Notes: generated by a model from the letters alone, not told the origin. Counted from the stretch's first letter, positions 41,278 to 52,315 are shown. The stretch is 64,000 nt of DNA from an uncultured Acidobacteriota bacterium (GCA_963804995.1 CAWDSK010000006.1:32001-96000), one strand, 5' to 3'. Numbers and translations are program-made.

Positions 41278-43890
41278 TCACCCCTCGGGCGGCGATTTCT
41301 TGGGCGGCTCCGGAGGGGGGGTGGACTTGGAACCCTTGCCCTTGAAAATCGTGAGGAATTTCTTCAGCACACCGCCTTTCTTTTCCGCGGAGGGTTGAGG
41401 TGCGTCAGGGTCCGAAGTGGAGGGAGAGGCGTGCTCCTCCCCCACGGGAGGGGTCGTGGCAGCGACGGGCAGCGTGGTCGAGTTCCGCGAATGGAACAAC
41501 CGGCTGAGAATCCCCCCGCCTTCCCGTCCCGGGGATTGCGCCTGCGGCTCGGTCCCTTCAATGAAGCACTCGTTCCTAACCACCGTGGACTCCCCGCCAC
41601 CGGGAAGGTTGGCCGTCATCTGCACGGGAACCGTGACGATGCCGGGCGGAGCTTCAAACGGCGTGGGGTCGTGGTAGGCGGGATTCCGGGTAGCCAGTTT
41701 CATGAACTCAGCCCAGATGGGGAGCGCCGACGCCGATCCGGTCAGCTTGAGTTCGTGATCGTCATCATAGCCCACCCAGGCTACGGCCAGCAGATTGGAA
41801 GTGAAACCCGCGAACCATCCGTCATGCGAGGTGCCCGTCTTCCCCGCGGCGGGCAGCGTAAATCCGCGAGTGCGCACCCCCGCCGCCGTCCCGTTGTTCA
41901 TCACGCTCTCCAGCAGGTTCACCATCAGATAGGCCACGCGCGGGTCCAGCACCTGACTGCTAACTTCCGTGCTTCGCCACAGCGTGTGCCCGGAGGCGTC
42001 ATTGACCGCCAGAATGAATCGCGGTTCCACGTAGCGCCCACCGTTCGAGAAGATAGTGTAAGCGCCCGCGATCTCGAGCGGCGTGGCCACATAGCTCCCG
42101 AGTGCAATGGCCGGCGTGGCCAGCAAATCCTTGTTGATCCCGGCCGCCACCGCCAGACTTCGCACCTTATCGTATCCCACCATTTCCGCCAGGCGCACCG
42201 TGGCCACGTTCAACGAGTACATCAACGCTTCCCGCAGGCTGACCAGCCCGTGGTATTCCTGCTTGAAGTTCTCCGGCTCATACGACTGGTCGGCGAACTG
42301 AAAAGTGGTGGGCTCGTCGTTGACCACCGTGGCGGGCGTGATGAGCGGCAGGGAGCCATCCACTCCGGAGCTCAGCGCGGCGGCATACACAAACGGTTTG
42401 AAGGATGACCCCGGCTGACGTTTGGCCAGGACGTGGTTGAGTTGGCTGCGGCCGTAATCCCGCCCCCCCACCAGCGCCTTCATCCACCCCGTGTGCGGGT
42501 CAAGCACCACCAACGCCACCTGCGGTTGCAGAGTGTCGACGGCGGCAGCCTCTTTCGCGGCCTTGGGCCTCTTCAACTGCTTATCGACCTCGGCCGCACC
42601 CGCGCGGATTCCCTCCGAAGCAGCCTCCTGCACATCCAAATCCAGCGTGGTGTAAATCCGGTAACTCTGGGAAAGCAGGTCGTGTTCGGTGAACTGCGCA
42701 AGCAATTGGTCTTTCACCATGTCGACGAAGTACGGCGCTTGCATGCCCTCCACGTTCCGCAGCACCAGTCCCAAGGGAGCCGCATTGGCCTTTTCCGCCT
42801 CCGCGGGTGAAAGGAGCCCAAGCTCCAGCATGCTGCGCAACACAAAGTTGCGGCGCTCCAGAGCCCGCGCGGGATACTTGTAGGGCGAATAGATGTTCGG
42901 TCCGCGAATCACGCCGGCCAGCAAAGCCGCTTCCGCAGCGTCAAGGCTGTTCACATCCTTGTTAAAGTACGCGCTCGCCGCTTCGCCAAATCCGTAAATG
43001 GAGAAGCTCCCCCGCTGGCCCAGGTAGATCTGGTTCGCGTACAGTTCGAAAATCTGTTCCTTCGTCAGGCGCTGCTCGAGCAGCAGAGCCAGGAAGACTT
43101 CCGTTATTTTGCGGCCGTAGGTGCGCTGCTGCGAGAGGCCGAAAATATTCCGCGCCAATTGCATGGTCAGGGTGCTGCCGCCTTGCACGACTTGTTCCTT
43201 CCGGAAAAAATCATGCATGGCGGCAGCTATGATGCGGTAGAAGTTCACGCCGTGATGCGAGAAGAAACTGTGGTCTTCCGCCGCCAGCACGGCATTAATC
43301 ACCGGCTTGGGAAGGTCCTGGTAACGCACCAGACGCCGTTTGGAGCGGGAATTATCAAAGAGCGTGGTGATAACTTGCGGTTCGAGCTGGTAGCTCTCAA
43401 GCTGTCCCGCGCCGGAAAGGGAGCTAATGGAGGCAACACGTCCGTCGCGAAATTCCAGCGCCGCCGCTCCTTCCTTCACCACTTCACCCTGGAAGAAGGA
43501 GGCGGGCCCGGGACGGATCTCCAGGCGGTTTCCCTCCAGGCGGTAGGTGCCCACCTGTGAGCCGCTCTCGTTTTCGGCGTACATCGCCTTGCGCAGCCGC
43601 GCCGCAATAGTTTGGGGAGTCTCGGCTTCCCCCACCAGGACGGGCGTGGGGGCGCCAAACACCAGGGAGGCATTGTTAAAGATGTCGCCGCTCAACCGGG
43701 CGTCAATCACCCGCGAAAAGCGGACGTAAAAGTAAACGAAGGTCCCGGTCCCCACCACCAAGCCCAACAAGGCGGCGCCCAGCAGAATTTTCTTCCACAT
43801 CCGCAGACGTGCTTTACCCGCCCTCACAGGCTTCAGGAGCGCCCGTGAGCCAGAGGAACCTCGCGATGCCGAAGCTGGACGGAGAGGCAC
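41278..43890 (-). CDS. Class A penicillin-binding protein (PBP1B-like)
   Basis: Glycosyltransferase motifs EDHSFFSHHG, GGSTLTMQLARN, RKITE; transpeptidase motifs SSFK, SLN, KTG. Confidence 0.93.
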   Translation of the reverse strand: MPLRPASASRGSSGSRALLKPVRAGKARLRMWKKILLGAALLGLVVGTGTFVYFYVRFSRVIDARLSGDIFNNASLVFGAPTPVLVGEAETPQTIAARLRKAMYAENESGSQVGTYRLEGNRLEIRPGPASFFQGEVVKEGAAALEFRDGRVASISSLSGAGQLESYQLEPQVITTLFDNSRSKRRLVRYQDLPKPVINAVLAAEDHSFFSHHGVNFYRIIAAAMHDFFRKEQVVQGGSTLTMQLARNIFGLSQQRTYGRKITEVFLALLLEQRLTKEQIFELYANQIYLGQRGSFSIYGFGEAASAYFNKDVNSLDAAEAALLAGVIRGPNIYSPYKYPARALERRNFVLRSMLELGLLSPAEAEKANAAPLGLVLRNVEGMQAPYFVDMVKDQLLAQFTEHDLLSQSYRIYTTLDLDVQEAASEGIRAGAAEVDKQLKRPKAAKEAAAVDTLQPQVALVVLDPHTGWMKALVGGRDYGRSQLNHVLAKRQPGSSFKPFVYAAALSSGVDGSLPLITPATVVNDEPTTFQFADQSYEPENFKQEYHGLVSLREALMYSLNVATVRLAEMVGYDKVRSLAVAAGINKDLLATPAIALGSYVATPLEIAGAYTIFSNGGRYVEPRFILAVNDASGHTLWRSTEVSSQVLDPRVAYLMVNLLESVMNNGTAAGVRTRGFTLPAAGKTGTSHDGWFAGFTSNLLAVAWVGYDDDHELKLTGSASALPIWAEFMKLATRNPAYHDPTPFEAPPGIVTVPVQMTANLPGGGESTVVRNECFIEGTEPQAQSPGREGGGILSRLFHSRNSTTLPVAATTPPVGEEHASPSTSDPDAPQPSAEKKGGVLKKFLTIFKGKGSKSTPPPEPPKKSPPEG

Positions 43891-43893
43891 GGT

Positions 43894-44271
43894 TTATAGT
43901 ATCGACCGGTTTTCGGATGAGGGAGTAAAGTGGAGCGGCAGCGTGAAAACCTTTAAATCCACGGGGACTTTGTAATCGATATTGATCTTGACGATGTTCT
44001 GGTTGGCTACCACGGTTATATCGTCCGCGGTTACGGGAAGACCCAGGTCATCGGCCTTGGCCAGGATAACTTTTTTGATTCCCTCGGGCGTGGCACGCTG
44101 CGTCAACCAGAAGGGTGTCTGGCTCTGAATGTAGTCGTTCAGTTGGAAATTGTTTACGTAGACGGGTATGATTTTAAAACTGGCATAGATCACGGCCACG
44201 ATAAAGGCCAAATAGAGGATGGCCTTCATCGATATCATCCCTGACTCAGTTCGCCGCGCCGTATTCCCCAT
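43894..44271 (-). CDS. Small membrane-anchored hypothetical protein (DUF4845-like)
   Basis: Pilin-like N-terminal hydrophobic helix; KIIPVY. Confidence 0.6.
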   Translation of the reverse strand: MGNTARRTESGMISMKAILYLAFIVAVIYASFKIIPVYVNNFQLNDYIQSQTPFWLTQRATPEGIKKVILAKADDLGLPVTADDITVVANQNIVKINIDYKVPVDLKVFTLPLHFTPSSENRSIL

Positions 44272-44292
44272 GGCAAGCGACTCCCCTTTCCG

Positions 44293-45990
44293 CTAACCCA
44301 AACGTTTTGCGAGCAATTCCGCTACAACCGACTCCAGCTTAACATCCTGAATTTGCTTTGTCGAGCGGCGGAAGATCTCCGCCAGACCTTGCTCGAACTT
44401 GCGTTTGCCCACGGTCACGCGATACGGCACGCCGATCAGATCCGCATCCTTGAACTTTACACCCGGCCGTTCGGCGCGATCGTCAAACAGCACATCGATG
44501 CCCTGCGCCCGCAAGTCGGCGTAGAGCGATTCCCCGGCCGCACGCAGCTTCGCGTCATCCATGTTGGCGACAGTCAGAATCACCTCAAAAGGAGCAATAG
44601 TGGGCGGCAGAAACATACCGTCCTTGTCGTGATTCTGCTCCACCGCGGCGCTCAGGATGCGTTCCACGCCAATCCCGTAAGAGCCCATAACCAGCGGCAC
44701 CTCCCGGCCATTTTCGTCGAGCACACTGGCGTGCATGGCTTGGGAATAGCGCCGTCCCAATTTGAAGACGTGCCCCAGCTCTACGGCGATGCTGATGCGC
44801 AGCGGCTTGCCGCACCGCAAGCAGAAATCGCCGGCGGAGACCACCCGCAGGTCACGATACTCTGGCGTGAAGTCCCGACCCGGAGTCACATTGCGCAGGT
44901 GCGTGTCGTCGCGGTTGGCGCCGCTGATCATATTCTTCCTGCCCTCCAGAGCCTGGTCGGCAAGAATCCGCACTCCACTTAAGCCCACCGGACCGAGCGA
45001 GCCCAGGTGCGCCCCGTGCAGTGCCAGGGCCTCCTCCGGCGTGGCGGGACGGAAAGCGTCAGTGCCGAGCGTCGCCGCCAGCTTGGTCTCACTCAGCGTG
45101 TGGTCGCCGCGCAAGAGGATGACGATTGGCTTGCTGTCCGCGACGAAGACCAGCGTCTTGATCAACCGGTTGGCGTTCTCGCCCGTGAATTTCACCAGGT
45201 CATCGATGGTCTTCAGCCCCGGCGTGGGGAATGGTTCCGGCGCGGCGTCGCCTGCGGGGTCCGCAACCTCCGGCGCCTTCCCTTCCGCTTTCTCCAGGTT
45301 CGCGGCGTAACCACAATCGCACATCGTGATGGCATCTTCGCCGGCGTCGGTGGGCGCCGTGAATTCGTGCGAGTACGTCCCGCCCATCGTGCCCGAATAC
45401 GCTTCCACGATCACGTACTTCAGGCCGCAACGGTCGAAGATGCGGCGGTAGGCGTCATAGTGCTTGCGGTAGCTCACATCCAACCCGGCGTCATCGAGGT
45501 CGAAGGAATAGCAGTCTTTCATCCAGAATTGCCGCAGGCGCAACAAGCCGGATTTGGGACGAGGCTCGTCGCGGAATTTCTCCTGAATCTGGTACCACAT
45601 CTGGGGAAGCTGCTTGTAGGAGCGCAATTCCCCGCGCGCGATGTTGGTCATCTCCTCTTCATGGGTCACGCCCAGGCACATGTCGTGGCCGTTGCGGTCC
45701 TTGAACTTGAACATCGTGGGGCCATAAGCCTCGTAACGCCCCGTCTCTTTCCAGAGCTCCGCGGGGTTGAGCGCCGGCAGGTAGAATTCCTGCGCGCCAA
45801 TGGCATTCATTTCTTCGCGGATGATCTGCATGATCTTCAGCAAAGACCTCTGCGCCAGCATCAGATGGGCGTAAAGGCCGGCCGCCACTTGGCGAATGTA
45901 CCCCGCCCGCAGCAGAAGGCGGTGACTGGGAACATCCGCTTCGGCGGGATCTTCCCGCAAAGTGGGAATGAAAACTTGACTCCAACGCAT
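44293..45990 (-). CDS. proS: Proline--tRNA ligase
   Basis: SHRLLLRAGYIRQ, THEE, KFRDEPRP, editing domain, ELGHVFKLG, GSYGIGVER, PGVKFKDADLIG. Confidence 0.97.
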   Translation of the reverse strand: MRWSQVFIPTLREDPAEADVPSHRLLLRAGYIRQVAAGLYAHLMLAQRSLLKIMQIIREEMNAIGAQEFYLPALNPAELWKETGRYEAYGPTMFKFKDRNGHDMCLGVTHEEEMTNIARGELRSYKQLPQMWYQIQEKFRDEPRPKSGLLRLRQFWMKDCYSFDLDDAGLDVSYRKHYDAYRRIFDRCGLKYVIVEAYSGTMGGTYSHEFTAPTDAGEDAITMCDCGYAANLEKAEGKAPEVADPAGDAAPEPFPTPGLKTIDDLVKFTGENANRLIKTLVFVADSKPIVILLRGDHTLSETKLAATLGTDAFRPATPEEALALHGAHLGSLGPVGLSGVRILADQALEGRKNMISGANRDDTHLRNVTPGRDFTPEYRDLRVVSAGDFCLRCGKPLRISIAVELGHVFKLGRRYSQAMHASVLDENGREVPLVMGSYGIGVERILSAAVEQNHDKDGMFLPPTIAPFEVILTVANMDDAKLRAAGESLYADLRAQGIDVLFDDRAERPGVKFKDADLIGVPYRVTVGKRKFEQGLAEIFRRSTKQIQDVKLESVVAELLAKRLG

Positions 45991-46019
45991 GAGTTCAACC
46001 TTTCGTGGTGTGTAGCTGT

Positions 46020-46150
46020 AAGCTTTCAGCGATCAGCTATTAGCTATCAGCTTTCAGCGATCTGCTTTCTGCCTTCTGCCTTCTGCCTTCTGCTTTCTGC
46101 CTTCTGCTTTCTGCTTTCTGCTTTCTGCTTTCAGCTTTCAGCGATCAGCT
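46020..46150. repeat. Heptamer tandem repeat tract
   Basis: (TTCTGCC/TTCTGCT)n flanked by GCTTTCA/GCGATCA units. Confidence 0.8.
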
Positions 46151-46338
46151 TGACCGTCGGCCCTCAGGCCACTGGCCGATTTCGAGACGGCTGATTGCCC
46201 TCAATCAGAATCCGTCATTGTTGAGGATACGGCTAGAGATTGTCAAGAAAGGCGCGCCCGCGGGTGTGAGTCGGTTTGGGCTTTCGTCAAATTGATATAC
46301 TAGCGGTGAGTTTACTCCCAGCGGGTATGAGGCACCTG

Positions 46339-46520
46339 ATGACCAAACCCGGAAGACTCCAGAGAGCGGCGGTGGTGGTCGTCCACGCTGCGGTGGGCTG
46401 GGCGTACTGCGGCACACTCATAGGCATGGGTCGGCAGTTTCTCTCGATGCACGCTACGCTTGTCCTTCACGCCATAGGCGCGCCGGTTGGATTCTCCTTG
46501 ATATCGTTTTTCTACTACCC
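46339..46520 (+). pseudogene. Truncated membrane-protein gene fragment
   Basis: Hydrophobic HAAVGWAYCGTLIG...LHAIGAPVGFSLISFFYY, after which the frame runs antisense into arsC. Confidence 0.35.
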
Positions 46521-46619
46521 ACAAAATCTCCCATACGGGCTCGTGCGCAACAACGGCTTCTTCGCCACGCCACATTCGCTCAAATGTCGAAGGAAGAACC
46601 GCCCCGATGCATGGGGGCG

Positions 46620-47030
46620 CTACGCTTGCTCTTCCGCGAACCGGCGCAGGAGCGATCGGAGCTGGTCGCGCACGCGGCGGAATTCTGCCAGCCTCTCCCC
46701 TTCTGGGCCCTGGAGGGCGGCAGGGTCATCGAGGCTCCAATGGATGCGCTGGGTGGCGGCGGGAAAAACGGGGCAACTCTCCTTGGCGTTATCACAGACG
46801 GTTATCACATAATCGAAGCCCTGCCCCACGAACTCGTCCACTGATTTCGACCGGTGGCCCGAGATATCAATCCCGATTTCACGCATGGCCGCAATGGCTT
46901 CCGGACGCACGTGGCTGGGGTTGGTGCCCGCGCTCAAGACCTCAAACGCCGCCCCTCCATCGTGCCGAAGTAGTCCCTCCGCCATCTGGCTTCGCGCTGA
47001 GTTCCCCGTACAAAGGATCAAAACTCGCAT
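46620..47030 (-). CDS. arsC: Arsenate reductase, LMW-PTP type
   Basis: [26 protein letters not shown]. Confidence 0.93.
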   Translation of the reverse strand: MRVLILCTGNSARSQMAEGLLRHDGGAAFEVLSAGTNPSHVRPEAIAAMREIGIDISGHRSKSVDEFVGQGFDYVITVCDNAKESCPVFPAATQRIHWSLDDPAALQGPEGERLAEFRRVRDQLRSLLRRFAEEQA

Positions 47031-47036
47031 GGCTCT

Positions 47037-47225
47037 TCACCTTTCACGAAGATCTTCCGGATGTTGGTTGACAAGGTGTGATCCGGATGGAAGGGTTCGC
47101 TGTTGGAGCTCATTGGCTTCTTGCTGCAAGGACATGTCCGAGCTGATCTCCGGCGTGCAGCTAGGCAGTGTTACCCAAGCTGCGAATACGGAGACAGCGG
47201 TGATGGATTTCAGAAGCCTATTCAC
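47037..47225 (-). CDS. Small putative lipoprotein (62 aa)
   Basis: ATGA overlap with the upstream arsC; signal-like N-terminus ending in LPSC. Confidence 0.4.
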   Translation of the reverse strand: MNRLLKSITAVSVFAAWVTLPSCTPEISSDMSLQQEANELQQRTLPSGSHLVNQHPEDLRER

Positions 47226-47659
47226 GGGTGCTCGCTGGGCGGTGCTTCTTTCGCGACAAACTCTTCGATCTTTTGCTCGATCTGGTCACGAACACGGCGG
47301 AACACAACTAACTTTTCAGCCGCCGTACCCGGTGTTGCGGCAGGATCCTCAAAACTCCAATCAAGGTACCAAATTGCGCCGGGTAGAACCGGGCACTTCT
47401 CTCTCACCTTATCGCAAACCCTGATGATGTAATGGAACCTTTGTCCCAGGAACTCCGCTACATCTTTCGCGTGTTGACCGGAGATATCGATGCCGATTTC
47501 CTTCATTACTTCCACCGCAGCAGGGTTGAGTTCCGTGGGTTGGGCTCCTCCACTAAAGACATCGAAGCGATCGCCGGCGAGGTGCCGCAAGAATCCTTCC
47601 GCCATTTGGCTGCGGCAAGAGTTCTCGGTGCAAACGAACATCACTTTTTGGTTGATCAT
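47222..47659 (-). CDS. arsC: Arsenate reductase, second copy
   Basis: CTENSCRSQMAE, VCDKVREKCP, FEDP. Confidence 0.92.
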   Translation of the reverse strand: MINQKVMFVCTENSCRSQMAEGFLRHLAGDRFDVFSGGAQPTELNPAAVEVMKEIGIDISGQHAKDVAEFLGQRFHYIIRVCDKVREKCPVLPGAIWYLDWSFEDPAATPGTAAEKLVVFRRVRDQIEQKIEEFVAKEAPPSEHP

Positions 47660-47727
47660 GGTTCCCCCTCCTTGTCCGTCGGACTATTGCCATCGCCCCG
47701 TGAGATCGGGAAAGGTGGTCACGAGCC

Positions 47728-48807
47728 TTACGCCAACTTCGCTTCGCCCATCGGCGCCGGAGTGGTTGGAAAGAAAAGCCGCTGAAAACGCAGCGAAACT
47801 CCTACCAATCCAATCAATACCGGAACCTCCACCAGCGGACCGATCACCGCCGCAAAGGCTGCGCCTGAGTGAATTCCAAAAACTGCCACCGCCACCGCAA
47901 TGGCCAGCTCAAAATTATTGCTTGCCGCCGTAAAGGAGAGGGTAGCCGTCTTGGAGTAGTCAGCGCCCAGCTTCTTGCCCATGTAAAAGGAGACCAGGAA
48001 CATCACCACGAAGTAAATCAAGAGGGGAAGCGCAATGCGCAACACGTCCAGCGGCAGTTGAATGATGTATTGCCCCTTTAGCGAGAACATCACCACAATC
48101 GTGAAGAGCAAGGCCACCAGCGTGAGTGGGCTGATGCGGGGCACAAACTTCTTTTCGTACCATTCCCGCCCCCGCGCGCGAACCAGGGTGAATCGTGTAA
48201 TCATTCCCGCGAGAAACGGGATGCCAAGGTAGAAGAAGACGCTCTGCGCGATCTGCTTCATGGAAACATCCACGATCGTCCCCTTCATACCGATCCACGA
48301 CGGCAAGAGGGTGATGAAGAACCACGCGTAGACGGAGTAGAACAACACCTGGAAAACGGAATTGAAGGCCACCAGTCCGGCCGCGTATTCAGTATCTCCC
48401 TTGGCGAGTTCGTTCCAAACAATCACCATGGCGATACACCGCGCCAGGCCGATCATGATCAGTCCCACCATGTATTCGGGATAATGTCGCAAGAAAGTGA
48501 CGGCCAGAACAAACATCAAAACGGGGCCGATAATCCAGTTTTGCAGCAGGGAGAGCAACAGGACACGTTTGTTCCGGAAGACCTCGCCCAGTTCTTCGTA
48601 TCGGACCTTGGCCAGGGGCGGGTACATCATCAGAATTAAACCGGCGGCAATGGGGATGGAGGTGGTACCTATCTGAAAGGTGGTAACCGCCCGAACCACA
48701 CTTGGCAGGAAATAGCCGGAAGCCACGCCCACAGCCATGGCGAGGAAAATCCAAACCGTAAGATACCGGTCAAGAAACGATAGCTTGCGCGCCAAGTGTT
48801 CTGACAT
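47728..48807 (-). CDS. acr3: ACR3 arsenite efflux transporter
   Basis: [46 protein letters not shown]. Confidence 0.95.
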   Translation of the reverse strand: MSEHLARKLSFLDRYLTVWIFLAMAVGVASGYFLPSVVRAVTTFQIGTTSIPIAAGLILMMYPPLAKVRYEELGEVFRNKRVLLLSLLQNWIIGPVLMFVLAVTFLRHYPEYMVGLIMIGLARCIAMVIVWNELAKGDTEYAAGLVAFNSVFQVLFYSVYAWFFITLLPSWIGMKGTIVDVSMKQIAQSVFFYLGIPFLAGMITRFTLVRARGREWYEKKFVPRISPLTLVALLFTIVVMFSLKGQYIIQLPLDVLRIALPLLIYFVVMFLVSFYMGKKLGADYSKTATLSFTAASNNFELAIAVAVAVFGIHSGAAFAAVIGPLVEVPVLIGLVGVSLRFQRLFFPTTPAPMGEAKLA

Positions 48808-48892
48808 CCTTCTGTGCCTCTCAATTATGAAATCGGACGATTGCGAGGAGACTCCCCCGCCAAAGGACTCCAGTGGCAGGCGAGTCGCGGTG

Positions 48893-49714
48893 CTACGCGC
48901 TCGGCTTCTTCGCCCGCACGAAAGCGCTCATGAACTTGCCATCCACCAGCGGCGCAATCGCATCCACGTCGATGCCCTTGCTGGAAAGCAGTTCCCGCGC
49001 ATCCTCAACCCGGTAGATTCGCGTCGGTTCCATGTTGACGACTTCAAACCCCACACGGGCAAGCTTCGCAAGATATTCGTTTTCCTCTAGCGCTCCTGCC
49101 ATGCAGCCGACCCACAACTCCACGCTGCGCCGAATATCGGCAGGAACCTCCCCGCGAACCACGATGTCAGAGACCGCGAACCTTCCTCCGGGCTTAAGCA
49201 CACGAAATGCTTCCTGCAACACTTTGTCCTTGTCCGCAGAAAGGTTGATGACACAATTGGAAATGATCACGTCCACAGAACTGTCGGGCAGCGGTATGTT
49301 CTCAATCTCGCCTTTCAGGAATTCCACATTCTCAACGCCGGCCTTCCGCTGGTTCTCGCGGGCCAGCGCCAGCATCTCATCGGTCATATCCAGACCGTAT
49401 GCCTTGCCCGAGGGGCCCACGCGCTTCGCGGAAAGCAGCACATCGATGCCACCTCCCGACCCCAGATCGAGGACAGTCTCGCCGGGTTTCAACTCAGCCA
49501 GCGCCGTCGGATTCCCACAACCCAGGGAGGCCAGCAAGGCCTCTTCCGGGATCTGGCTGGTTTGGCTGCCATCGTAGAGGTTCGAAGTGATCGGATCAGG
49601 ACACCCTTCCACCGCGGGCGCCGCGCCGCAGCAGGAATTCCCCCCTTTAATGACCCGCAAAGCAGCTTGGCCGTACTTCTCTTTCACAACTTCTTTGATA
49701 TTATCCACACTCAT
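48893..49714 (-). CDS. arsM: Arsenite methyltransferase
   Basis: [37 protein letters not shown]. Confidence 0.95.
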   Translation of the reverse strand: MSVDNIKEVVKEKYGQAALRVIKGGNSCCGAAPAVEGCPDPITSNLYDGSQTSQIPEEALLASLGCGNPTALAELKPGETVLDLGSGGGIDVLLSAKRVGPSGKAYGLDMTDEMLALARENQRKAGVENVEFLKGEIENIPLPDSSVDVIISNCVINLSADKDKVLQEAFRVLKPGGRFAVSDIVVRGEVPADIRRSVELWVGCMAGALEENEYLAKLARVGFEVVNMEPTRIYRVEDARELLSSKGIDVDAIAPLVDGKFMSAFVRAKKPSA

Positions 49715-50091
49715 CTGCTCTTCCTTTCCCTGATAGCTCCAGGGGCCGGTCCGATGGCGACAAGTTCTCCCGGCTCAATGGCCTTGTTCCGCGTACAGCA
49801 CTCCGCATACAAAAAGTTCATGACCTCCTGCAAGGCTTCCAGGTTCGCCGAGTACCACAGGAACGTCCCCTCCCGCCGCACCCTGACGAGTTCCTCATTC
49901 TTAAGCTTGTCGAGGTGATGGGAAAGCGTGGAGGCGGGGATTTCCAATTCATCTTGGATATCGCCGACCACCAGTCCCTGCGGGTGCGCAGTGAGTAGCA
50001 GTTGCATGATGCGCAGCCGGGGCTCGGCGCCCATGGCAGCAAACATATCCGCATAGCGGGTGACGGGTGGGGAGTCCCTCCGAGTTCTCAT
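49711..50091 (-). CDS. arsR: ArsR/SmtB transcriptional repressor
   Basis: RLRIMQLL, STLSHHL, C-terminal ECC arsenite-binding site. Confidence 0.92.
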   Translation of the reverse strand: MRTRRDSPPVTRYADMFAAMGAEPRLRIMQLLLTAHPQGLVVGDIQDELEIPASTLSHHLDKLKNEELVRVRREGTFLWYSANLEALQEVMNFLYAECCTRNKAIEPGELVAIGPAPGAIRERKSR

Positions 50092-50125
50092 ACTTCGATG
50101 ATACTAGAAATATGCAAAGATGCAA
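50089..50125 (-). promoter_or_regulatory. ars promoter/operator (probably leaderless)
   Basis: TTGCAT-N16-TATCAT-N6-ATG. Inverted repeat CATACTTC...GAAATATG overlaps the -10 element and start codon. Confidence 0.55.
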
Positions 50126-50544
50126 GAGGACTTTAACGCCTTGCCGTGTCCAACCGTGGCGGTGGGGCCGATTTTCCCGTGGCCTGAGCCGTGGGCAACG
50201 ACCTTTCGCCACTGCGCGGGTTGGCGCACGAACGATTTCAGACAATTCGACACGCCTCCTTTACGATTTGGGCTACCGGTAGCCCATTTCTATATATCTT
50301 TCTTGACAAGGGCTGGCTACCTGCTAGGCTATTAGGTGGGATGTTGTGCCGTGGGGAAGCCTCGTGCCACAGGGGTACCCGAAACGCGCCGCGGAAACCG
50401 CGCCTACCCACCCCAACGCACGCCTCATGCGCAGAATGCAAGAATTTAACTTTCGAGAAGTGCGGCGGATTACCAACCTGCTGCTCAAGATCAAACGCCG
50501 AGAGCGCAAAATGGAACCTGGGGAAGCGAGCGGAGATGACCTCC

Positions 50545-50815
50545 TAACCCATGATGTAATAGAAAACAAAGGAACTTAGCGGTGAAATGGCAGAAATGTC
50601 CAAGCACCTATGTATTTGAAATTAAATAAGATCGCGCATGTCGGGGGCTTGGGCGGGGAGAAAAAGGGGGAATTAAAAGTGAAGGATGAACCCATCATGT
50701 CGTTGAAAACACATGTAGAAAAAATGTCAGTTTGGTGCTAACCCATTATGTTTATGATAATTAAGCTAGTTATAGTCGCTAACCCATGATGTTGATGAAA
50801 AGAAAGGGAGTTATA
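50545..50815 (+). repeat. AT-rich array of four AACCCATnATGT direct repeats
   Basis: Copies at about 50546, 50689, 50740 and 50781, each followed by a GAAAA/GATAA-type A-rich tail. Confidence 0.65.
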
Positions 50816-50830
50816 GAAAGGTGCCAGGTG

Positions 50831-51041
50831 CTAGTGTGGTGTCCCGGTTAATATTTGACAAGGCTGTCCGACCCCCTCACCCCCCAGCCCCTCTCCCCCA
50901 AAGGGGCGAGGGGAGAGTTAATTCTCTTGCCCTCGCCCCTTTGGGGGAGAGGGTGGCTGGCCGAGGCGTTCTCATCAGCCGAGGCCAGACGGGTGAGGGG
51001 GTTCTACCCATTGTCAACTCTAGCACGGGACACCACACTAG
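50831..51041. mobile_element. MITE C copy 2 (inverted)
   Basis: CTAGTGTGGTGTCCCG...CGGGACACCACACTAG; reverse complement of 36336-36546 with very few differences. Confidence 0.85.
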
Positions 51042-51556
51042 AGAGCGAATCCGGGATTGGGGACTGCGGGGTCGGCGCCGAGTGCGGCTACGAAAAGCTG
51101 CATGGCTCCTTAGCGGGATTGGGAGTGAAAAATGATCGGTAAAACGCCCTTACTCAGGATTGGTCAAACCGGCCCACAACCGAGGCCAAGCTCGGGAATC
51201 GGCCACCTATCGCGCCCACCCATCGGAAAGCGAGGCTCTGGCAGGCCTCCTTCCGGCCGCCTGTTTGCATCCAAGCCTAAAGCCAGGGGTACTGGCCCGG
51301 CCACCCCGCCGCTTCGATTTAACACTCTTAACACCAATCCGAAACAACTAATATCTACAGCTTATGCATCTCATTGAACGTGCGATAAATACAATTATGT
51401 AACCATGGTTTAGGTTGTTTCGTATAACAGGGCGTGAAAGGAAAACGGAAGATGATCCGAAGATTGACTCAGGGCAACATGAGAAAATCAGGGTTGAATC
51501 ACCCGGCTGAGGCCAGGCTGATCGCCCAGAGCAAATTCTCAAGCAGGAGGACAACA

Positions 51557-52315
51557 ATGCGAAACAAACTTTTTTCTCTACCGCTGTTCCTGGTCCTGGC
51601 CGGTGGGGTGTGCTGGGCCGGAGAACCGCCCACGGTCGACGTACAGACGGCCGCGAACATCGACGCGCGGCTTCACCACTCGAATGTCATCAAACACGGT
51701 GACGTCCAGGTGACGTACGCGAATGGCGTGGCAACCCTCACGGGCACTGTCGATAACCTGGGAAGCAAACTGGATGCCGAGAAAGCCGCGCGCAAGGTCC
51801 ATGGTGTGACCCAGGTCGTGGACAACATCCAAGTGGTCGCGAAGGACGTAGGCGACCAGCAGATCCTCAATCGGGCCAGGCACGAGATCTTGACCTATTA
51901 CGCCTACACGATTTTCGATAACGTGAACCTGCAAGTAGACAATGGGAACCTCATAGTAAGCGGGCAGGTCACGCTCCCGATCAAGAAAACCGACATTGGA
52001 AACACCCTAACGCGCGTGAAGGGCGTGGCGACGCTCGTCAACAACCTGGAGGTTCTACCCACCTCCATGTTCGATGACCGCCTGCGGATGCAGTTGGCGC
52101 GGTCGATTTATGGCGATCCCTTCTTTGTTCACTACGGGGTCCAGCCGAACCCGCCGATTCATATCATCGTGAAGAACGGAAACGTGACCCTGGAAGGCGT
52201 GGTAGCTACGACTCTGGATCGCACCAAGGCCGAAATGGCGGCCCACGGGACGGGGCTCTCCTTCTCCGTAGTGGATAACCTTCGAGTGGATAATCCTCGC
52301 GGGGCAAACAGTTGA
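51557..52315 (+). CDS. BON domain-containing exported protein
   Basis: GGAGG RBS, signal peptide, three BON-like repeats (ATLTGTV, VSGQV, VTLEGVV). Confidence 0.88.
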   Translation: MRNKLFSLPLFLVLAGGVCWAGEPPTVDVQTAANIDARLHHSNVIKHGDVQVTYANGVATLTGTVDNLGSKLDAEKAARKVHGVTQVVDNIQVVAKDVGDQQILNRARHEILTYYAYTIFDNVNLQVDNGNLIVSGQVTLPIKKTDIGNTLTRVKGVATLVNNLEVLPTSMFDDRLRMQLARSIYGDPFFVHYGVQPNPPIHIIVKNGNVTLEGVVATTLDRTKAEMAAHGTGLSFSVVDNLRVDNPRGANS

